Under the pieces are notes generated by a model. That model saw only the letters and a program-made list of their open reading frames with translations, ran no database searches and had not been told where the DNA came from. The position numbers and the translations under genes are program-made. This document shows positions 35,691-49,173 of a DNA stretch of 64,000 nt, in pieces (the first letter of the stretch is position 1; every line of letters starts with the position of its first letter). The DNA lies in the NCBI GenBank assembly GCA_000708835.1, contig DF237292.1, positions 1 through 64,000 on the forward strand, read 5' to 3'. The DNA comes from Klebsormidium nitens (taxonomy: Eukaryota; Plantae; Klebsormidiophyceae).

Positions 35691-38184
35691 AGGTTTTACT
35701 CAGGATCTCAGAAGCAGACGTCTTCGAGATCCGACTTTGTGGAATCAAACCGTTGTCACGGCGCTTTGCAGAAAGAATGACGCAACAGTTTATGAAGAGG
35801 CTTCAAGTATACGGTGGTCTCTCGACGCACTGGAATGCCAGTCCTTGACCGCCAAGTGTTCATATGTACCCGGCCTCCAGTGAACCGTCCTGAATTGTGC
35901 CCAAAGTTCGGCGTCCGTTCGGCTCTCAAACGACTCGCAGACAGATTACAGTGATATTCGTTGAAGCTTTCCGACCTCGAATCAGCTAGGGCCTGTCCGC
36001 TGGAGGTCCAGCATACAGCATAAAACCCGTTTGGCTCTTGCGGCCGAGCCGAGGTATACTGACATTGTAAGCTGCAGTTCTTACAAGCGGCCGGCGCAGC
36101 CGATTAATCTAAAAGAGGTACCCATATGCTCCTCACATCAAGAGCCAGGCTAAAGTCGTCTTTGTAGTAACATCCCGAGCCGCACGCAGACGAATAACTA
36201 TGGTGGCTACAAACTTTCATTGATACTTAAAGAGCTATTTCAATGAATTGAGTGAGCATGCGGGGTTTGTTATCACGCGAGCCAAAAATTGACCTTGATC
36301 GGTTTCATGAACTTTCCGCAATCGTTCGTGGTAATTGAAACCAGCACACAGCACTTGCAGTCTAAGGTCGCAAATGCTGGAACTCTTCAAGACGCGACTC
36401 AAGTCGCTCCGGCCTTCTTGAATATTTCGTACGCTTCACATAGAAGCATTCTGAAATGTTGCGTGATTTGATCTTGAAATGTGCAGATGGCTGTCAATCC
36501 GGCCGAATCCAGATTCACGTGCAATGTGTCATGCCCCAATCACCTTCAAGACAAGAGCGGGTGCTCGGTTTTAACAGGAGTTTTCATGGTACTGAAATGA
36601 CTGCAGTACAAAGCAGACAGGCACTCTCAAGGTTTGAATGTATAAGGCATATGTCATGCTAGCCGCCAGCTATCATTTTCCTCAGAAATTATCCTCTTCT
36701 TCGGACTCTGCGTCCCAGAGATCACACACCCACGCTAGTGTAGGTTGAACGAAGTAGGGTTCAGCGACGTGAAGCGCGCGCCTTGAGCCGTCGTTCTGCG
36801 AGCCACAATGATGACGCTATCAACGAAGTGAGCAGGCAGGCGCCGGCAGAACGATATGTACTCATCCAGGACGTGAGAGAAAACATGGAAGCCACGTGGC
36901 AGAAGTGCATTGAATCCGGCTTGAAGAACATATGCAAGGCCGAAGCCAACGCATTGGGGTTTCATCGTGGAAGCGTGACCGAGCGCAACTCTGGTTGCAA
37001 GAATACCGTGCACGATGTAGCTTCTGTACCGGACTTTGATCAAGGACTTCTAGCCAGTAGAAATAAAAGCCTCACCGGCACGAAGCAGAGGCCCTCGCGG
37101 CTTGCAACCATCTTTCCGCCCCGCACTCTAAAGAGCGCCATCTGCATCGGTAAAGACACTTGTTGAAAAGGGCCTTCCCATGGCTTGGAAGCATTCGCAC
37201 AACCCCCTGGATGCATTACGAGAAGCTGGTGGACGAATGCGTCAATATGAATGCCCTAATTTCCAGATTGGCACTTTGGCAGGGGTCGCTCTTCGATATT
37301 GTTGTGGCTCTGTAAACGCGTTGCAGAATCAGCAACTGCGCTGCTGAACGAGTAAAAGTTCGGGGGACTGCCACCTCTTCGGGATCTTCCGCGGAACTTT
37401 CGCGGTCCTCCTCGACACTTCCTGCACAGATAGACAAATGAGCCTGAGAACGTGGAATTGACGAAACAATTGTGAGAAAAATCTGGCCAAGAACGTGGCG
37501 CTCCACCACAGGCCTTCCGCTGTTTCTTGAATGCTTTTCGTCTTGAGCGCCAGGAACGATGGAACGGTTGGGATGATTTCGATTGGACTGGATGGGGGTC
37601 CAGCATGTAAATGCATACAGTCCTCATTCTTGTCCCAGAATATGCAGCGAGTGAATTGGTATGAGAAGGCTCATGTGCAGTCCACTGCTTCAACTGCTGC
37701 GTTCTGCTTCATCTCGGGAGGTGGGACCTTCTCTTGGCGTGGGGTCTGCAAAACGGTAGGACAGTGCTAGTGACTCTGGTTGGGATAAAGCTTGACCAGC
37801 GTTAGCCACTGTTTGAAGGAGCTTCTGGAGGACAATCTTCCTTGCAATATCTGGATTGTAGACTCTAGTGACAACGACGAAGAGAAGCTAGAGCAGCTTA
37901 CCTTGACGTGCAGGGTTTGCCCAGAATATGCACGTGCCGTTGTCTCGCCTGATGCATACATCGAGAGAAGGTGAGCTACGACTGTGGGTGCGATCCACCC
38001 GGACTCTCAATTCATCAGACTGAAACAGCATACACGTGAACCCGTTGCGCAGAGGGACGCATGCATCTCTCATCAGGCATCAGCTTAAGAGTTGGAGAGG
38101 GGCGCACAAACATACATCTGCACAGGTGACAGCGACGCCTGTGGCCGGTTGATGGGGCATGCTCGGTGAGACAACTTGTGTCAA

Positions 38185-38406
38185 TCATCCTATCCTGTCT
38201 GGATACAAGCCTGCGGGCCCTGGATGAAGATCGGGAAGCGGACTTGGAGAGGCCTGCTGATTTGCCGTCTTCTCGGCCAGCTTGTAGAACGCCTTACTGC
38301 ACAGGGACAGCTTACGAGTACCTGGGATCTCGAGAAGTCGCGTGAGGATCTCAGAGGGCAGCCCTTGCAGACGGCTCTCCATGCTCGGATCAGAGACCAG
38401 TTCCAA
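38185..38406 (-). pseudogene. F-box-like motif in a short, probably degenerate ORF
   Basis: RLQGLPSEILTRLLEIPGTRKLSLCSKAFYKLA fits the F-box pattern LxxLPxEILxxI...L..xCKxW/FxxL. The ORF stops soon afterwards. Confidence 0.45.
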
Positions 38407-39236
38407 TGTAGCTCGAGATTGGCGAGAGCCTGCGAAAGACTAATCTGCGTCAAAGGAGGAACCAATGGTCAGATCTTGCTCTCCAAGTTTAGCTTTCAGG
38501 CGGCATTACGAGAGGTCGATCATCGACTAGAGACTTTCGGTGTTCGTGCTCACTGTCCGTGCTCACTGTCTATCATCCGCGAGCGGTTTCCGGTCTGGAT
38601 CTGTTGATTCCTTATATGATAACGCCGGTACCTTAGTACACAGCCACTCTCCTCCAAGACTGATGTGAGCTTCATGACTTCATTTTGTGGTTCATGATGG
38701 TTATGTGCGGACTCGTGCAGTGGGGCGGAGAGTAAGCTCTGATCAATGATGATCTGACCTGTTCCTTGAGCATGACGAATTCCAGCCTGTGCACATTTAA
38801 GGAGAGTGGAAGGATGGGAGAGCTTGTTCTGGCCAGATCCAATTGCACACTCAAGAGCCCGTTCTGAGCAACCTGGACAGTGGAGATGCGGCCTCTGTTG
38901 ATTAAGAAGTGGTTGAAGAGTTTGTTCCAGGACTCACCGCTTGGTTCTGAGGTGGACTAGACGCTGCACTTTCTTTCTTGCGCGACTTGTCAAGAGTATC
39001 AGGAAAGCCCCTGAATCACCGCCACTCTCTGAAATCTTCGAGGGGTCTTCGCATATCTCAGAGCCTCGATCGGTGCGAATATCAGAAGAAGTTATTCTTT
39101 AGCAGAACTCTTCCTCGATGCCACGAAGCTTCGATGCAGATGTGCACCCTTGTCAATGCTCGAAATACCATGTGCAGGTTCGGATGACGACCAAGACGAT
39201 TGAACTGTTGAAATCTTCAGTCAACGGGGCAGTAAT

Positions 39237-39620
39237 TGTTCTAGCAAAGACTGCACTAGTGGCTAGTAATATTCTAGCACATGCAAAATGTGTCAGAGAA
39301 AACAACACCGATGCGCACTGCAACGTCTGCTCTAACGTTGTCTTACTGAATGTCGTGTTTGCTACAGCGTTTCGACCCAACTAACACTACCCGATTTTCT
39401 GCTGCGGCTCTGCAGCTCTGTTTGCTAGAACATGACGATCCTTTTGCTAGAACATGGCTCCGTTTCTACTCAGGATTGCTAATGAATGCGTTGTGAGTTT
39501 CCCAGACACTCGCATTGCTAGAACATATCCAAACAATATTAACATCTAAATTCTGAATCTAATACGCTACCGTCCTATCTTGTAAATGGTCATGCTAGAA
39601 CAATGATTCTTGCTAGAACG
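39237..39620. repeat. Cluster of TGCTAGAACA 10-mers in both orientations
   Basis: Direct copies at 39423, 39445, 39516 and 39593, a one-mismatch direct copy at 39611, an inverted copy at 39237 and a one-mismatch inverted copy at 39270. Confidence 0.8.
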
Positions 39621-39779
39621 TTGGTTTGGCAGAACAGCGAGCGCCATTTTCGGTATATTTAATAATAGTATATTACATCGTTTGCCAGCGGCTCAGCTTT
39701 CAGAAGGTCGATGCTGTTTCCCACACCCAAAAACCTCGTCAAAAGAAGAAGAAGAAGGGGGAGGGGGAAAAAAAATACG

Positions 39780-39861
39780 CGTAATCGGCAGGATTCGAAC
39801 CTGCGCAGGCAGAGCCTACTAGATTTCTAGTCTAGCCCCTTAACCGCTCGGGCACGATTAC
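39780..39861 (-). tRNA. tRNA-Ser (anticodon AGA), intronless
   Basis: GTAATCG acceptor stem pairs with CGATTAC; D-arm CCCGAGCGGTTAAGGG; anticodon stem CTAGA/TCTAG with loop CT-AGA-AA; long variable arm; GGTTCGAATCC T-loop; poly-T Pol III terminator just downstream. Confidence 0.97.
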
Positions 39862-40198
39862 CCGGGAGTGCCAGCTGCGGGACTTTTACAATTATGTATT
39901 AGCATACTAGGAGCCGTGCCCGGTTCAGTCCGCCGCCGGCGATCCTCAACATTCAAAGCGGGGGGGCTGCCGCCCCCCCGAGCCCCCCGGCTCTCCACCT
40001 GGCGGCCCCCGGGGGCTCCATCAAGCACCCCACCGTGACTGTCGGAACACTGTAGGTACGGTACGCGCGCGACCGCGATCTCGCGCGCGCAAGCGCAGAC
40101 ATGATCGTCTCATGTGCATGGTGAATTACAGATCAGATTCAGAATCACAATCGACTAATTGCACGTACAAGGGCTGCAGCGAAAGGGGCGCCGGCGCC

Positions 40199-43100
40199 AT
40201 GGATTCTGTGGGGAGGAGCTTGGTGCTTCTATGTCTGGTCTTCTTGGGATCAATGCAGCTTGCAGCCGGGGATCTTATCCGTATTGTGGACAGCAGTCGT
40301 AGGACGTTTCTAAAGCATAGCGCAGAAGTAAGTCTGATCCAGAATTGCAGAGCATTAATTTTTGGTTCTATCTTTTCACTCGTGCCCCAGTGATTGCACT
40401 TTGAGCAGCTCTTCTTGGTGCAATCTCGCTGCTGATTCGCACTGCTCTTCCTTGCTTTACTACCTTGATTGGATTTGTTGGCTGTTATCTTTCCTGCACT
40501 TTCAAATCACTACCTGCTTGCCATTGGCTATGCCGTGCTTGGGCAGCTTGCGTCGTCTCAAGATGTGGATCGAATTTCTGATATCCTTGTTCGAAAACTC
40601 TTCTGAAGGTCTCAGCCATCAGCGCACATGATGTCACAGCTGCAACCGCAGCGCTTTTGGGGCTTCGACCCCTTGGCAGTGTGGACGCTGACATAAGCAA
40701 GAAGGTATGCCTCAGCTGATTTTCTGCTTTGACTTTTCCTTCAGTAAAACATACAGCGTTGTGATTTGTACACTTCAAAGGATTTGATGTTTAAGAAGCG
40801 CCTTCCTGTACGCCTGCCCCCAACAGAAGTGACAGGCCAGCTTGCAGCAATTGAAGACTTGGATCCTATCAGGCTACATTTGCTGTCACTTGCTCCATGA
40901 AGATCAGCGGTCTCATGCGAACTGGGCAGCATTTGGGTTTACTACAATCTTTTTGTCCCCTCTGCAGCTGAACACAATGTTGAGTGATGATGCTTTCAGC
41001 CGGCCGCAAGCGGTGTTGGCAATCTCCCTGCTCGGCGCAAACAGAGGTATGTTCGTCAGTCTCTCTCCTCGCGTCAGATATCATTTCGATTGTTGTAGCT
41101 GTTTTGAGACACATATTGATAAATTCGGGTTTGTGTTTCATTTGAAAGCAAAAGCATACATTTTTTAGTTGAAGATTTGAAGCTTTCTTGTTGGCTCGAT
41201 GAGTGTTGGTGAGAAGTCAACATCCCTCTTGTCTCCCAGTACCCAAGCTCGAAGCAAACACCTGAGGTTGGCGCAAGCTCTGGTGAAGCAGTGCATGCGG
41301 CCTTACTGCAAGACTTTCACCAATCTCTTACACAAGTATCACAGCGTATGTGCACTGTGTACTAGGTTCAAGTGCTGACGGTCTCCTTCCCCACTGCAGA
41401 CGAGCTGACTGCACTTGAGGCTTGGGAGCGGCCAGGCCAGACCCGCTTCCTGGCCAACTCCTCGGCGCTGCAGCTGGGCCAGGCCTTCAGCCGCCTCACT
41501 GGGGCATCGCCTGAACTGGCACAGGAGCTTGTCCTGGACTTTGGCAAGGGCTCTGCGCTGGATGCTGCGACGCTGGATGAGGCTCTTGAGAGTCTGGTGA
41601 GCGAAGAGAGCCTTGACCTCCGAACGTCTGTTCCTTCACCCTAGGGCATCTGTGCACCCAGTCTTCTATGCTCTGTGGGGTTCTCCTGGAGCGTTGTCGG
41701 ATGTAGACTAATGGTAGCCTGCTATTCTTGTTGTTAAAACAATTGTTCTGGAAGTCGACAATTGTAATGTCTGGACTTCTATCTGAAGAAGTGTCATGTC
41801 TGGAACATCGCTCGCTGCGTTGTTGTAAAGCCAAAGGAGCGTTGTTGCCAAATCATAAACCAATAAGTGGTGCCTGACATCGTTTCCTTATTGTTGTCCG
41901 GAACAGGCGGCAGCTTCCGGAGCATCATATGTGCGCGGCTCGGTTCCCGCATCAGGGAAACTGACAGTGCCCCTGGCGGATGGGGAGTCAGCACACCTTG
42001 ACCTGACGCAGGTGGGAGTCCTGCGCAATTGCAGAAGTAGTGCTGACATGGCGTTCCATGGCGTCCTTTGGCTTGCGCACATAGCAGATTCGCCCTTCAA
42101 AGCCCACATGGTCCTCCTCGTCCGGCCCCATTAACTAGATGTGCTGTTCGAACCTTGACTTTTGCTCATCAGAACAGGTGAAGGGACACCAGGATTCATG
42201 TGGAAGAAGGTACTAAACCACTGTTTCGAGCTTCGTATGCTCTGACGCACCGCTGACCTGACGATCAGCTGAGAGTTGCGCTTCTGTGCAATCCATGTAG
42301 GATGCGGATTACCTTTTGGCGACGGAGTTGGCGCACCTTGAGAAGGCGGTCCAAATGCTGGCAGTAGCTGCCGACAAGCGGCAATTGCTGACTGCCACGG
42401 TCCAGGGTATCCAAGTGCGGCACGGTTTTGCTCTTTCCATGCACATGTTGCTAGTCGCACTGCAGGTGTACCTTAAAGAGGTACTGGCTGACAGGCCAGA
42501 TGGCACGAATGGTTCGTTCATGCTTATCGCACGTTGTGCTCAATTCCCTGGCTTTGTAAAGCCCTGAAAAGACCCAGAAGACCCAAAAGACTTGATAAGC
42601 CTAGTCCGAAGTGAACGCCTTGATCACATTGGTCTCGTTACGAGAAACATCTCATGTGAGAGTGAGCTCATTATGGTGTTCCGGCCGCAGCTCGTCAAGC
42701 TGACGTATGGGTCGGAGTCGAAGACAGCGTCGGCTGCCGTGTCGCTGGTACTGAAGACACTGGAGCGCGTCCTCGAGTCGCTCGACACAACGTTTGGGGG
42801 TGAGCGCAAGCCTGGCCTTGCTTGATGACCGGTAAACCATTGTTCGTGCCTCCAAAACGCAAGTCGGGCCTGCCTTCATGCCCAGCATTCGCTTTCTGGC
42901 TTGAATACAATGCACACTTTCGCTCTATCCCGTTTCTGAGTTTGCAAGTCTCTGGCCGCTGTGACTACACCGGGATGAAGATAAATGCGGCACCTCGTAT
43001 CCGGCCCTTGGCTTTCGTTTCTGGCCCTTCGCTCCTTTCACACTGCTGAAGAGACCCACTTTCTTCTAACAAAGTTTCATGGGTCGGGCCCATAATTCTT

Positions 43101-43576
43101 CTGCAGGCAAGCTGGTTATGCTGCTCAGCGTGTTCGAGCAAGTTCCCCAAGTTTCCGACGACGGGACTGCAACGGTTGCCGCACGCATCGGAGGAGCAGC
43201 GTCCAAGCGGAGGGAGTTGCTGGGGGCAGGCGCGGTGCCGGGAGTGCCCGGAGCGGACATCATTGCTGCGTATGTTCTCGTCAACAGGAGCGTCGCGTGG
43301 GGAGTGGGCATTCTGCTCATCATCTTCACGATTGTGACGGTGAGCAAGTTTGGTCATCTAGGATCGTCTGCTTCGGGAGGACTTCCGCTGGGATGGCCAC
43401 ATGGCTTGAATATGTATCTTTCAGCCTGTGGACTTTTCATGGTCACCGTGTGCCAACGTAGACACCCAAGTGGCAAGCTTACGCTGGTCCATTGGTCGTC
43501 CTTGCAGGTATTGGCTCTTGTCTGCATGCCACTTACGAAGGACACTCTTCTTTACTCTCGTGCAAAGATTGATTGA
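40199..43576 (+). CDS. Plant putative type-1 membrane protein (PMP; ATP6AP2/renin-receptor-like), multi-exon
   Basis: N-terminal signal peptide; VSAISAHDVTAATAALLG...FSRPQAVLAI; GKLTVPLADG; C-terminal transmembrane helix followed by MPLTKDTLLYSRAKID, matching the plant PMP C-terminal signature MPLTKDTLLYS. Confidence 0.8.
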
Positions 43577-44720
43577 TCGACGACGAACAATATGCAATGC
43601 CATTGTAAACGTTGAATGATCGAACTAGGTGTCCTCTCAATACTTACAATCATTAGACTTTTGACAATTGTTGTCCCTCCGAAGCAAGAACACTATGTGC
43701 TGATGGAAGATGTGCATCCTTTTATCGACCGCCAAATGGCCATTTAAAGGCTGTCCTTGTCGTCAGGTGTATGTGTACACCTTGCAAACTGGAAAGCCAT
43801 TAATGAAACGTGACTCTCAAAGGGAGATAGATTGGTGGGTCACTCGGGCAAGATGCGCATAGACATAGTTACAGCAATGTATGTGCCATACTTGTACGGT
43901 ATGCACGATGGGCACGATGTTTGCTTACACTGGGTCCCTCGCTTGAGGGATGATTCACTGACAACATAAAGAAGTGCAGCCATGCGGCCATGCCCATGCA
44001 TGTTGGTACGTACAGCGACCGTCTTCGAATTTCGAAAGGTCATTAAAGTTTGCACTGATGCTTAATTTAATAGTAGCGCCACCGTTCGCAAGCTCAGTTG
44101 TCATCTTAGCATGGTTCTGACCGGTCTAGTTGCTCGACGTACGGCTGCTTCAAATTTGCGCAACACCGTCGATAAGAAAATCACACATGCGATCTAGGAC
44201 GTCACCTCCAACACCGTCTCACTTACCAGTCGAACGTCGATGGATCCTATCCGACGGTTGTAGGTCCATTCCGCTTGGATCTCCTGATCGATCGGGTCAG
44301 ATAATCTGTTGACCACGGTTTGACTTGTGATTTGCAGCTGGGCCCAGCTGGCGTCTACACCGGTGACAGTCTTCAGTCTACACTACAGGGGGCATTTTTA
44401 GGTGGCTCCCAAAGGGGCGCCAACTTGAAATCCCTGGGCAGCAAATGCTCGCATACACACACAGAGAGAAGTTGAACGCCTGAGTCTGTAACTCGTAGTT
44501 TCAAGGGCGCTGTGCTTGGGCTTGTTTGAAGAAGGTTGAGCGATTGCTTGAGCTGGGTAGCATAGGCGAGCTTTCGTGTGCATGCACACGCCTCGTGTCC
44601 TTGGTGGATTTCCAGGAACGTCCTCCTGAAGAGGAAGGAAATTGAGGGCATAACAAAGGTTTGAACATTAGGAGCTGGAAGTAGTGTAAGGACTTGTTTC
44701 ACAAGGCAGACACCCGGCTT

Positions 44721-47700
44721 ATGGCACAGAGGGAAGGTGCACCCGTCGCGGGTGGAGGGACCAGGTGAGATTCTCAAGCAGCGGAGGCTTGTTTAACGGC
44801 TTAGGCCGAGGCTTTGGCATCAAGGCATGAGAGCGATTCTATCGTTGTTTGCCCAAGAAGTCCTGACTAGCATGCACACATCAAACTTATAGCCACAAGC
44901 TCCTTCCATCTACTTTTACCCCACTGTTGAACGGCAAGAGAGCATTGCAAAAAGTGGATCGTCTTACAAGGCCCCTTATGGGGAATGGTCGTTGCCTCTC
45001 AACTAAATACAAAACCCTATATCCGTTCTCATAAAGGACTTGAAGCCAATGCATTCGAGTCTCTCATCCCTGGTCTCAAAGTTGGAGCTGTTCTAAAGAC
45101 TTAAAGCTTTTTGTGCAGCCCCTCTCATCAGTGAACATGGAGTCGGTCATTTGGAGTTGCTCATTGTGATTCAACCTCTAAATTTGCAGCTGTTCTTGAG
45201 ACTGAATTTTGTTCTGTGCAGCGAGGACGGCAGCTTCAGCTATGGCTTTGCTTCTTTCCGGGGCAAGCGCGCGGCGATGGAGGACTTTCACCACGCATCA
45301 ACCACGCAGATAGGAGGAAAGCAGTGCGGATTCTTTGGGGTCTTTGATGGTAAGCCAGCAAGCTTAATATCCGATCAATTCTGGTCAAGGAGACTTGGTG
45401 GAGTATGTCTTTACTGTTGCTTATGGGCTGCCAGTGGGTCTATGCCAATTGAATAAGAGATGGTATACGAGTTGCGATCACCTCTGGATTGCCAGCAGTG
45501 AGAGCCGGATGCTTTTGTGCCTGCTTTCTTCCAGGCAGCATGTATAATGAGCTGAGTGCCTGTTTCAAGGCAGCATTTGCTCTTGAAACCTGACGCAAGT
45601 GGCTTCCATGTGAGTTAGTAATTTCATGCCAACTAATCTGCACACTGGCGTTCGAGTATTGAGACTTTTCCAGACCCATTCTGACGCTGTCATTCGGGAG
45701 CCACCAGCACAAAATTGGAGCTGCTAGTCCAATCTTTAATCAGGTCTAATGTGCATAATGGTGAATCTGGTTGAGGAAAGCTCTACGAAACTTGTTACAG
45801 ACGAACATCCTAAATGGTGGTAGGGGGTCTGTCGAATGGGCCGATGCCCTTGTTATGGGTCACCCCAGAATGCGGCCCAGCCTGAGGCTTTGTCTGGCTG
45901 CACTCCAGAAGCAATCAGGTGGCAGAAGTCGCTTTCCTCACCCGTTGCACTTGTGGCGCTTTCACATCGTATGCCTGACAATGTCAATGAACTTTGTCCT
46001 TGGACAGCGCTTGCACGCCACTTCATTGGAAAGTTTGAGTGCAAAGCAAAGGACACAAATGAAGCTCAGTGTTCCTAAGCTAGTTTTCCTGCCTCTTGCA
46101 ACGTGACTTTCCAGCAGTCAGCGGCAGTATGCTGAAAAACTGGTTCTGACAGCGGGCCCTATTTGAGAATGCGTCTGCAATGCCATCTGCTGTAGAAGCA
46201 GCATCTTACCGAGCAGGGAACCAGCAGACCTCCTTTCTTGCAGGGCACGGCGGCGCGCGCGCAGCAGAGTACGTCCAGAACAACATCTTCCAGAACCTGT
46301 CCGCTCACCCCAAGTTTGAGTCCGACACGGCAGTGGCCATCGCTGAGTCGTATAATCAGACGGACCAGGACTACCTCAAGTCCGAGAACGCGCAGAACAA
46401 GGACGCCGGGAGCACGGCGTCGACGGCCGTCATAGTGGGCAACAAGCTGCTGATTGCAAACGTGGGGGACTCGCGCGCCGTCATCAGCAGAGGAGGCCAA
46501 GGTGCGGGGGCCGGTGCAGGATGCATCGCGGGGCAGATTATGTGAATGCTAATGACTCCAAAGGGCCTCTAAAGTTCAAACAGATTCGTGAAGATTCCAT
46601 GGAAAACAGCGGTGCAGGGTCAAGGAGAAAGCCGGTGTTAACCTTCTTGGAAGCCCTGTCATCAACAGTCCCTGGTATGCTATCCAGCAGGGAGCAGCGT
46701 GTTTTGCGCAGCACTAATTTCAAAGATTGGGTCGGAAAATGATCATCTTAACCGGGAGCGAATTTGTAGGAGTCTGTAACGGCGAGGCCGCTGATTCTGA
46801 GAGTCTCTCCTTGGCAATCCTGATGCCACCATTAGGCCGGCAATATCATGCCCTTCAAGGGAGTCGCTTAGCTCTTACTTCCTAATTGCATCGTACGGCT
46901 TGCACTGAATGTTAAGTTGCGAGAAATCAGATAGGGACTGTTGTGCATTACTGGGTTCTCCTGATTCATGCTTATGTGCTTTTCGCTCATCTGCAGCTAT
47001 CGCCCTATCGGTTGATCATAAGCCGAACCGGTCAGATGAGAGACAGCGCATTGAGAATGCGGGAGGAGTCGTTATGTGGGCGGGTAAGTTCATGCGTCCT
47101 CTTTAAGAGAAGTTGTAAAAGCATGTCTTTTTGTTTAGGCTTTTCGTTTTCTCCTGCTGCCCTATCGTGGCACGACGCAAGCGCATCTTTGTCAGGATGG
47201 GAACATTGGGCAGCGTGCAGGGCTAATCCATTTTGCCTTCATTGCCTTGCAGGCACATGGAGAGTTGGTGGGGTTCTGGCAGTGTCACGAGCCTTTGGAG
47301 ACCGTCTTCTGAAGCGATACGTAATACCAGAACCCGAGATCCAGGTGGGAGGCTCACTCGCTTGCACCTCGTTCTGCCGTCCGAGCACCTAGTGGTCGAA
47401 GTCCGTTTTGGTGATGCGCTTTGGTATGGCGAGCAACGATCTTGACCTTGCTTCGCAGCTGTGCTCTGTCTTGCTTGGTAGGGCAAGTTGCATGGAACCC
47501 GGTTGAACAACGGGCTTGAGTATGAGCAGACTGAGCTCAGCGTCTTCTTCTTGTGGTCCGTCAGTCTGTTCGTCCTTGTGCGTGCATTGTTTGGCCATTG
47601 ATGTCCACTCGCTGAGGTTTGTGTGGCATCTCTTGCAGGAGGAAACGATCAAGACGGGCGACGACTTCCTGATCCTCGCTAGTGACGGCCTGTGGGACGT

Positions 47701-48241
47701 CATCAGCAATCAGGTAACGCTCCACTTTCATGGCATTTGAAAGGCATGTATGGCCATTTCGAGAAGTGGGACTGTCGTCATGGTCGTTTCTGCAAATTTC
47801 AGTCGACTGTCCAGGTAGTCCAGCAGAGCTAAGTTGCCGGGGTGCAAGATGTATTGCATTAGCCAGGCATATGGTCTGCAGCCCACCTAGACGCGGAGCG
47901 CTTCAAGCAAGGGTGTGTGAGTGAAAACGCTGGATATGCTCAAAAAGGCAATGCACTGTGGAAGAGGAACACTCTGATGCTCCTCTCATCCAAGGTCGCA
48001 CAGATTCCTATCTCTTAAGTCGTAATTGCGATAGACGTTCCTTGTTTGTCCGCAGCCGTTCACTTTGTGGTTGCTTTGTCGATTGACTGATTTCGGAACT
48101 TCCGGTTTGATGCAGGACGCGGTACAATTAGTGCAGAGTGTGACCGATGCTCAAGAGGCGGCGAAGAAATTGACGGATGAAGCATACAACCGTGGGAGTG
48201 CAGACAACATAACCTGTGTAGTAGTCCGGTTCTTGCACTAA
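44721..48241 (+). CDS. Protein phosphatase 2C (clade F, WIN2-like), 7 exons
   Basis: [18 protein letters not shown]; FFGVFDG|HGG; DAGSTASTA; ANVGDSRAV; [18 protein letters not shown]; [14 protein letters not shown]; [12 protein letters not shown]; [14 protein letters not shown]. Confidence 0.93.
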
Positions 48242-49173
48242 TTGCTTCTTGGATTTGTGAGCAGAGCAAGTCCTTTTGGTCCTGTGTACATGTAGATTGA
48301 ACAAACATATTACGATTCTACCTCAAGGACGGTTTCATGAAAGCAAAGGCAGCATTGCATACTTTAGGTTCTGGAGCCAGGCTTCTACATAGCAAGCTCG
48401 AGCTGGAATGATCTTTCACGTATATTGGGCGAGCCTTTGTGCACAGATTACCTCCAATTTACCGTATGCTTGTTTTCATGAAGTCATCTGTTGATCAACG
48501 ACGCAAAGATTGGCACGGTGAGAGACCTATTTAAAAGGATAATCATCATCTAGATGGTGTGGCGCGCGGCTTGCAACAGTTTACGCATGATCATGCTAAG
48601 CGTATAGCCTTGTAACCCTCCACGGCGCGGCTCGGACGGTCATAGACCGTCCGAATACAAGGGGGCCCGGAAGGACCGTCCAACTCGCTAAACGTCCGCT
48701 GAGTGCCGCAATGATAGCCGTCGATTTGTACTCCTGTGCTAAATCCTGGTCGGGGATAGCCACCTTATCCACTTTTTATATCGGCCATATTCACACTGAC
48801 GGCTTCTGGTTGACCTCATTGAAATTTTAACCCCTTGTAGATGGGTTTTGGGAGTTCCAAGAGGCAGTGTGAATGACTCTTAAAAAGGCATGCAACCGCA
48901 GCTAGCTTGAACTTCCTTTCATGGCAGTTTATGCAGCAGCAACAAGGTGGCAAGCAAGGCAGAAATTGGATTACGACGCAACTTTTGAGGAGAAAGGAAG
49001 GTGCAACTTGCATTGTTACAAGCAAGGAATAGGACCTAGGTAGGTATCATCATTTCAGGTTGGTGTACCGTAAGCTTCCAATCCAGAGAAGGAAGGCTTT
49101 GATCCAAGAGGCTAGGGTCCTTGGCGCTGCGCATTCGCCTCAGAAGCACATCCTTGAAGAAGAAACTTCCAGC

